Shown here: in pieces, positions 58,585 through 64,000 of the stretch
How positions within the stretch are numbered: the stretch's first letter is position 1
Layout of the letters: each line of letters starts with the position of its first letter
Origin: Myxococcota bacterium
GTDB taxonomy: Bacteria > Myxococcota_A > UBA796 > UBA2385
Length of the DNA stretch: 64,000 nucleotides
Assembly (NCBI GenBank): GCA_044344255.1
Contig: JBIJDH010000002.1
Coordinates: 32,001 to 96,000, forward strand
Reading direction: 5' to 3'
The notes under the pieces: model-generated
The model's input: the letters and a program-made list of their open reading frames with translations, nothing else
Told to the model about the DNA's origin: nothing
Database searches by the model: none
Made by a program: the position numbers and the translations under genes

Positions 58585-60423
58585 TCAGGACGCGGTCAGG
58601 ATCACGACGGTCTGACCGGCTTCGTCGGCGCAGCGGACCTTCTGGTCTCGCTCGGGGACGCAGACGAGGTGGGTGTCTTGCTTCAGCTCCAGCGAGCCCT
58701 CCACCTTGGCGCGGGCGGCGACCTTCGCGCTCAGGGCGTAGACCCCTGTGGGAAGGGCGGCGTCACCATTCGGGCTGCCGCTCAGGACCCGCTTGCCAGC
58801 GGCGTCTTCAAGGCGGATCCACTGAACGGTGTCGTCAGGTGAGCGGAGCTCGACCTTCACGGTGCCCTCGAGGGCGGCGTCGCCTCCGGCTGGTGTGCGC
58901 TCGGCCGCGCTCGAGGTCGACTCGGCGCTGGCGCGGGGGGCTGGAGCGCCCGCGGCGACCACGTCGGGGGCGGCCGGCCCGCGACTCCAGAGATACCAAG
59001 CTCCGCCTCCCACCGACGCCAGCGCGATCACGCCGAAGAAGGCGATGAACACAACGGCGGCGCCGATGATGAGGCCTCGCTTGGACGGGGCCGGGGCGGC
59101 CTCCGCATCGAAGGGAGGGGGCTGCGTCCGCCGGGAGGGTTCGCCTCGCCGGCCCGCTGGCGCGGAGGGCGAGGGGCTGCCCCGGAGGGCTCGGGAATTG
59201 GACGGCAGGGGGTCCTCGGCCTTGGCCGGCATCGCCGACGGCGAGGTGCGGGCGTCGGCGACCGGACCGCGAGCCACGGGAGCGTCGGGGCGGGCCTCCA
59301 GCTTTCGGGCCGGCGTGGCCGGTCGGGAGACCTGCACATCCGAGGCGCTCGGATCGGGCAGGGCCGCGCGGCCGGATGTGGCGATGGGAGGAGATGGCTG
59401 AGTGGCCACCTGCTGGGGGTCAGCGGTCTTCTCTGCGGTGTTTATCGCGATGAACAGGCGCGATCCGGAGAGCGCGCCGTCGGTGCCCTTGCCATAGACA
59501 TCCTCCGCCACCCGCGCGACGGTCGTGGTGGCGAAAGCGTCGAGGGACGGACCGGCGGACTGCTCCGAGAAGGCACGCAAAAGCTGGATGATCTGCTGGG
59601 CGTTCAGGCGCAGCTCGGGTTCGGCGGCGCACATCCGCGCGAGGGTCTGGCGGAGGGACTGGTCCCAGTCCTTGTTCGGCAGGCCGAGGCTGTCCAGGCG
59701 GGAGATGACGTCACCGAGCGCGGAGTCGTGCTCAGACTTGTCGAGCGGAAGGAGCGGGAGCAGCTCGCCGCGCAGCATCTCGATGAGGACGAGGCCGAGC
59801 GCGTAGATGTCGGAGGGGTGCTCCCCGCGGTCGCCGACGCGGCGCTCGGGGGACATGTACTTCATGCTGCCGAAGCGCAGGACGCCGGTGCGAGCGAGGC
59901 GGGCCTCATGGTTGAACCGGGCGGTGCCGAAGTCGAGGACCTTCACCTCGCCTTCGATGCTGACCATGATGTTCGACGGCTTGATGTCGCGGTGAACGAC
60001 GTTCAAGGGCTCGCTCATGCCGTACGGCACCTTGAAGCAGGCGGCCTCGAGGGCGGCGGCGGCGTCGTGGGCGATCTTGTACGCGGCCCGAGGGGGGATC
60101 CGCTCACCCCGCGCGGCGAGCTTCTCGATGAGCTGCTTGAGGTCGACCCCGTCCACAAACTCCATGATGATCGCGGGCTGGCCGTCGATCTCGGACATCG
60201 CCTCCACGCGAAGGATGTTGCGGTGGTGCAGGCGGGCCAGGAGGCGAGCCTCGTCGCGGGTGCGGTCGAGCAGGTCGTTGGACTCCGACCACTGGTCCTT
60301 CAAGACCTTGACGGCCACAATGCGCGACAGGCCGTCTGCGCCCGAGGCCTCGGCCAGGTAGACCCGCGCGAAGGTGCCGGCGCTGCGCTCCTGGAGCAGC
60401 GTGAGCTCGAACTGTCGGGTCAT
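58585..60423 (-). CDS. Membrane Ser/Thr protein kinase
   Basis: AGTFARVY, VAVKVLK, HRDIKPSN, DFG, YMSPE; Pro-rich linker, TM, small ectodomain; ATG at 60423. Confidence 0.9.
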   Translation of the reverse strand: MTRQFELTLLQERSAGTFARVYLAEASGADGLSRIVAVKVLKDQWSESNDLLDRTRDEARLLARLHHRNILRVEAMSEIDGQPAIIMEFVDGVDLKQLIEKLAARGERIPPRAAYKIAHDAAAALEAACFKVPYGMSEPLNVVHRDIKPSNIMVSIEGEVKVLDFGTARFNHEARLARTGVLRFGSMKYMSPERRVGDRGEHPSDIYALGLVLIEMLRGELLPLLPLDKSEHDSALGDVISRLDSLGLPNKDWDQSLRQTLARMCAAEPELRLNAQQIIQLLRAFSEQSAGPSLDAFATTTVARVAEDVYGKGTDGALSGSRLFIAINTAEKTADPQQVATQPSPPIATSGRAALPDPSASDVQVSRPATPARKLEARPDAPVARGPVADARTSPSAMPAKAEDPLPSNSRALRGSPSPSAPAGRRGEPSRRTQPPPFDAEAAPAPSKRGLIIGAAVVFIAFFGVIALASVGGGAWYLWSRGPAAPDVVAAGAPAPRASAESTSSAAERTPAGGDAALEGTVKVELRSPDDTVQWIRLEDAAGKRVLSGSPNGDAALPTGVYALSAKVAARAKVEGSLELKQDTHLVCVPERDQKVRCADEAGQTVVILTAS

Positions 60424-60840
60424 GGGAGCTGCACTCGTCGACGGGGCATGACTTCGGCTCGTTCGGGCCGCCCCGCAGGCGATGGACCCCGGGCGAGAAG
60501 AGGACGGAATCGGGAGAAGGACGGAGAGCCGGACGGAGAGGGAAGTGAATGATGGCCCGGATGGAGGGCTGGACCCAGGCGAAGGCGGTGTCGCGAGCTT
60601 ATCACGCCGGACCCGCCCCTGTCCGCCGGTGCACTTCCTGCGGACCCCGCAGAGGGCGCTTGCACAACGGACATGGGATGTGGTTAAACCCCCCCGACGG
60701 TCCGTCGGACCGCGGAGTGCCTCCGAAATGCCCCTCTCCTCGGCGAGCGCCTGGCCTTCAGGTTTCGCAGTGTGTAAGGCCGTCCAGGATGGCTGCGTTG
60801 GGTGTTCGAAGGGTCCCTTGGCGCTTGAGTGGAGGTCTCC

Positions 60841-61941
60841 GTGAAGCAAGGAGTGAAGGGCGAAGCCCGAGCCAGAGGGGGCGCAGCTCCCGGCCTGCTT
60901 CGGATGGCGCCCGTCGGATGTGTGGCGCTGCTCGCGATGTTCGCCCTCAGCGGCTGCAGCATCGTCGACAAGGTGCTCAAGCTCGGCGACAAAGCGTCTG
61001 CCGCCGCGGAGGTCAAGCTCAAGGCGGGTGATCTCCCTGGCGCGAGCACCGACTACGCCAAGGCTGCAAAGGACCACCCCTCGACGGTCTCGGCGGCGAC
61101 CGGCGCCGCGTATACGGCGCTGCTCCAAGGAGACACCGCGGGGGCTGACAAGATCCTGGCGGCGGCCGAGGCTGGCGCAGGGCCGCTCGTGGGCGAGATC
61201 AAGCTGCGACGAGCCTTGGTCGCGCTCAAGGCCGGTGACCTCGACTCCATGCGCACCCACGCGGAGGCCAGCGGGCTGCCCCTCGGCAAGCTGCTCGCCG
61301 CCGAGGTCGCGCTCGCGGACGGTGAGCGAGAAGAGGCGGCGGGGCTCCTCACTGCGGTGGAGGGTACGTCGGGTACGGTCGGCGACACTGCCAAGGCCTA
61401 CCTCGCGCTCATCCAGGATCCGGACCCTCTGGTCGCGGGCCTCTCCGAGGCGCAGGCCCTCTGGGCCCTCGGTGAGCGGAAGGTGGCGGTGAAGTCGGCG
61501 GTGGAGCTCGTCACCAACCTCCCCGACACCCGTACGGACCGCGAAGAGCAGCTCCTCGTCTGGGCCGGTCGCGCCGCCTCGGTGGGCGAGACCGACATCG
61601 CCCGTGGGCTGCTCGACGCGGCGATCTTTCCCCCGGAAGGGCAGGCCTGGCGCAAGGTCGCGACCCTCGGCATCATCGCCTGCGCCGAGGGCAAGGGCGC
61701 GGAGTGCCTCACTCAGCTCGACGCGCTCGAAGGGAGCGCTCCTTCTGACGGCCTCGCCGACGCCCGCGCCACCGCGGCCTTCCTGATCGCGGGCACCGAT
61801 CCGGAAACCTCCAAGAAGCTTGCGGGTTCGTACATCTCGAACGCTGCGGCCCGCGCCCTCGTCGAGGCGGGCGACCGGGATGCGGCCCTCGGCTCCTCCC
61901 CGGGCGGCGTGTACGCCACCTACCTGAAGTCCGGAGGCTGA
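60841..61941 (+). CDS. Helical-repeat (TPR-like) lipoprotein
   Basis: Lipobox ALSGC; Ala/Leu-rich repeats with GD...A motifs; GTG after GGAGG. Confidence 0.7.
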   Translation: MKQGVKGEARARGGAAPGLLRMAPVGCVALLAMFALSGCSIVDKVLKLGDKASAAAEVKLKAGDLPGASTDYAKAAKDHPSTVSAATGAAYTALLQGDTAGADKILAAAEAGAGPLVGEIKLRRALVALKAGDLDSMRTHAEASGLPLGKLLAAEVALADGEREEAAGLLTAVEGTSGTVGDTAKAYLALIQDPDPLVAGLSEAQALWALGERKVAVKSAVELVTNLPDTRTDREEQLLVWAGRAASVGETDIARGLLDAAIFPPEGQAWRKVATLGIIACAEGKGAECLTQLDALEGSAPSDGLADARATAAFLIAGTDPETSKKLAGSYISNAAARALVEAGDRDAALGSSPGGVYATYLKSGG

Positions 61942-61944
61942 ACG

Positions 61945-62412
61945 ATGCGTCTCGCCCATACCCTGCTCCTCGGAGCCCTCGTCCTCGCGCCTGCGCTCGT
62001 CCCCGCCACCGCATCGGCGAAGAAGGGTTCAGAGGGAGATCCCGAGGGAGTGCCGGTCAAGGTGAAGGTGCTGGACGCAGACGGGAACCCGATCCCCACC
62101 GCCGTGGTCCGGCACCCCGACGAGGCCGATCGTCACCGGGTCAACTCTCTGACCGGGGAGTGGTTCAACTCGGTGCTGTACCTGCCGGACGGCAGTGAGA
62201 TGATCTTCACTCCCGGCATGCAGCTTCGCCTGGAGATCTCCGCGCCAGGCTACATGACCAAGATCATCCAGTACGACATCCGCAAGCGGAAGAACAACAT
62301 TGAGGTCGCCCTCGACAAGCTCGAAATCGAAGAGCAGTCGATCGAGGAGCCCACCATACAGTTCGGCCGAGACAAGCCCCGCGATGACGGTGGCTCCGGG
62401 CCGGCCAACTGA
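61945..62412 (+). CDS. Secreted protein with carboxypeptidase-regulatory-like (transthyretin-fold) domain
   Basis: Signal ..ATASA; VKVLDADGNPIP.A.V; ISAPGY. Confidence 0.7.
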   Translation: MRLAHTLLLGALVLAPALVPATASAKKGSEGDPEGVPVKVKVLDADGNPIPTAVVRHPDEADRHRVNSLTGEWFNSVLYLPDGSEMIFTPGMQLRLEISAPGYMTKIIQYDIRKRKNNIEVALDKLEIEEQSIEEPTIQFGRDKPRDDGGSGPAN

Positions 62413-62425
62413 ACAGGAGTCGCGC

Positions 62426-63796
62426 GTGAAGCAAGGACTGGTCTTCCTGGCGGTGTCGGGAGCCTTGGGGGTGGTCGGGGTCGCGTTGGCCGCGGGCTGG
62501 TCGGACTTCGGCCCGGCCTTCCCTGGCTTGCCCTGCAATGACGGCTGGGCGGCCTGCCTCGTGGAGGGGCAGGTGGTGAGCCCGGACATGGTCGTCGACT
62601 CCGCGGGGAGGCCACAGGTCTCCAACCAGCGGGTTGGCTTCTTTGACCTCCAGCCGTTGCCGGCCTTCAGCCCGTTCAGCACCCTGTCCCCCTACGCGGG
62701 CAGCGCCGACGCCGCGTTGGCGGACGCGGCGCCCCCTGCGGGGGCCCCGGCGGAGGCCGAGCCCGCGGAGGCCGAGCCCGCAGAGGCCGAGCCAGAAGAC
62801 CGAGCGGAGAGGGAGGAGGGATCGCGACGGGAGCCGCCGGTCGCGGCCCGCGCCGATCGGGAGGAGCGGGAAGATCGCGCTCCCACGGCGGTCGCCACCA
62901 CCCGCACCCCGCCGCCGGAGACGACGGCCGCGCGAACGCCTCCGCCGGCTACGGCGCCGCCCCCGACCACCGTGAGCGCGCCGCCGTCCAACACCCAGAC
63001 CGCGGCGCGGACTACGCCTCCGCCGACCACCGCGCCACCGCCGACCACGGTCGTGGCGACGCAGCCGCCGCCGGTGACAAAGACCCAGTCGGCCGCCGCG
63101 ACCGCTCCTCCGCCGACGACCGCCACGCAGGCGGCCAGCGCACCGGTAGCGGTCGCAGCGGCCAGCCGCCCCCCACCGCCTGCGAACGCGGCGCCGCAGG
63201 ATGACTCCTGTGACGATCTCGTCGCGCTCGAGGCCCCGGCCATGATGGGGCAGCTCGGCGTGGGGCGTCGAAAGTGCTTGGAGGGGGTGCTCGGGGCGGG
63301 CGGTGCCCAGACCCAGCGGAACAAGGTCAGCCGGGTGCTCATCTTTGACGCCGAGGCCCGCGGGGATCGGTCGGACTGGGAGCGCTTGATGAAGCGCCAC
63401 CTCGAAGACATCGATCGCTCTGATCCGAACCTCTGCATGAAGTATGCGATCCACCTGTCTCGCGGCGGTGTCGCGCGGGCCAATGGCGTGATCCGGTGGG
63501 CCGACTACGCGCTCGAGAACAAGCAGCAGTGGTCCGGTCCGTCGTACACCAAGAACGTCTACAGCCTCTACAAGCTGCGGGCCCAGGGTGCGCATAAGCT
63601 GTGGGAGAGCGCCGAGGCCAAGTTCGTCGCGGAGCGCAATGACGAGAACGAGGCGGCCGCCGCGAAATATCGCGGGGTCGCGAAGGACTACGCCCGGGAG
63701 TGGCTGGACTACGCCCGTGCGTCCAGCAGCGACATCAAAGATCCTCTCGCCCTCTGCGTGTCCGCGTCCGGAAACAAGGAATTCTGCGACGGATGA
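62426..63796 (+). CDS. Exported hypothetical protein with Pro/Thr-rich linker and helical Cys-containing C-terminal domain
   Basis: N-terminal hydrophobic segment, AEPAE repeats, TTAPPP linker. Confidence 0.7.
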   Translation: MKQGLVFLAVSGALGVVGVALAAGWSDFGPAFPGLPCNDGWAACLVEGQVVSPDMVVDSAGRPQVSNQRVGFFDLQPLPAFSPFSTLSPYAGSADAALADAAPPAGAPAEAEPAEAEPAEAEPEDRAEREEGSRREPPVAARADREEREDRAPTAVATTRTPPPETTAARTPPPATAPPPTTVSAPPSNTQTAARTTPPPTTAPPPTTVVATQPPPVTKTQSAAATAPPPTTATQAASAPVAVAAASRPPPPANAAPQDDSCDDLVALEAPAMMGQLGVGRRKCLEGVLGAGGAQTQRNKVSRVLIFDAEARGDRSDWERLMKRHLEDIDRSDPNLCMKYAIHLSRGGVARANGVIRWADYALENKQQWSGPSYTKNVYSLYKLRAQGAHKLWESAEAKFVAERNDENEAAAAKYRGVAKDYAREWLDYARASSSDIKDPLALCVSASGNKEFCDG

Positions 63797-64000
63797 GCAA
63801 CTGGCGCCGGTATTCGACCTTCCTCTTCGGGTGTCTGTCGATCGTCTCCTGTGCGGGCGAGCCGGAGGTGGCGGCGGTCCCCTCTGCGAGCTCCTCGCTC
63901 ATCTCAACGGAGCTCCTCGCCGCCACGTGGCCCGTCCGGATGTCGGAGGACCAGGTTCGCTTACCCTTCGAGCAGGATCCGGCTTGGGGGCAGGTGTTTC
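63793..64000 (+). CDS. Partial lipoprotein (3'-truncated by window)
   Basis: ATGA overlap; MSNWRRYSTFLFGCLSIVSCAGEPE; open to window end. Confidence 0.6.
   Translation, partial: MSNWRRYSTFLFGCLSIVSCAGEPEVAAVPSASSSLISTELLAATWPVRMSEDQVRLPFEQDPAWGQVF

Noticed and set aside
60424..61959. N-terminal extension making the minus-strand kinase 1124 aa
   Set aside because: It overlaps the plus-strand lipoprotein gene antisense, and kinase homology starts at ATG 60423

Overview
This is a high-GC bacterial window. Its gene repertoire (Hanks-type kinases, PEGA, MopE-type and FG-GAP lipoproteins, Asp-Ala/Thr linkers) suggests a Myxococcota/deltaproteobacterium-like genome; that assignment is an inference. 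Contents in order: a partial amino-acid-dehydrogenase-like gene and miaB; a rearranged str/S10 ribosomal operon (rpsL-rpsG-[structured 283-nt spacer, no fusA]-tuf-rpsJ-[no rplC]-rplD-rplW-rplB-rpsS-rplV-rpsC-rplP-rpmC with a long C-terminal tail-[no rpsQ]) that runs straight into an ABC membrane protein/ATPase pair; a convergent, sequence-divergent EF-G; carA; frmA and S-formylglutathione hydrolase; surface lipoproteins; mutS2 with a nucleoside-type ABC operon; a tandem pair of FG-GAP lipoprotein genes with identical 5' parts and diverged 3' parts; a decayed duplication that truncates a VapC toxin; crotonase/APH/OMP/CreD-like genes; a cobalamin-riboswitch-led 7-gene operon joining a TonB-dependent receptor and three lipoproteins to an ECF transporter whose S component carries a large soluble lipoprotein domain; an FHA-EAL gene divergent from a Ser/Thr kinase with a ComEA-like helix-hairpin-helix ectodomain; a second kinase; and an uncharacterised exported-protein operon cut by the window edge. 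No tRNA, rRNA, CRISPR array or transposase was recognised. All calls come from manual motif reading, and no database search was run.
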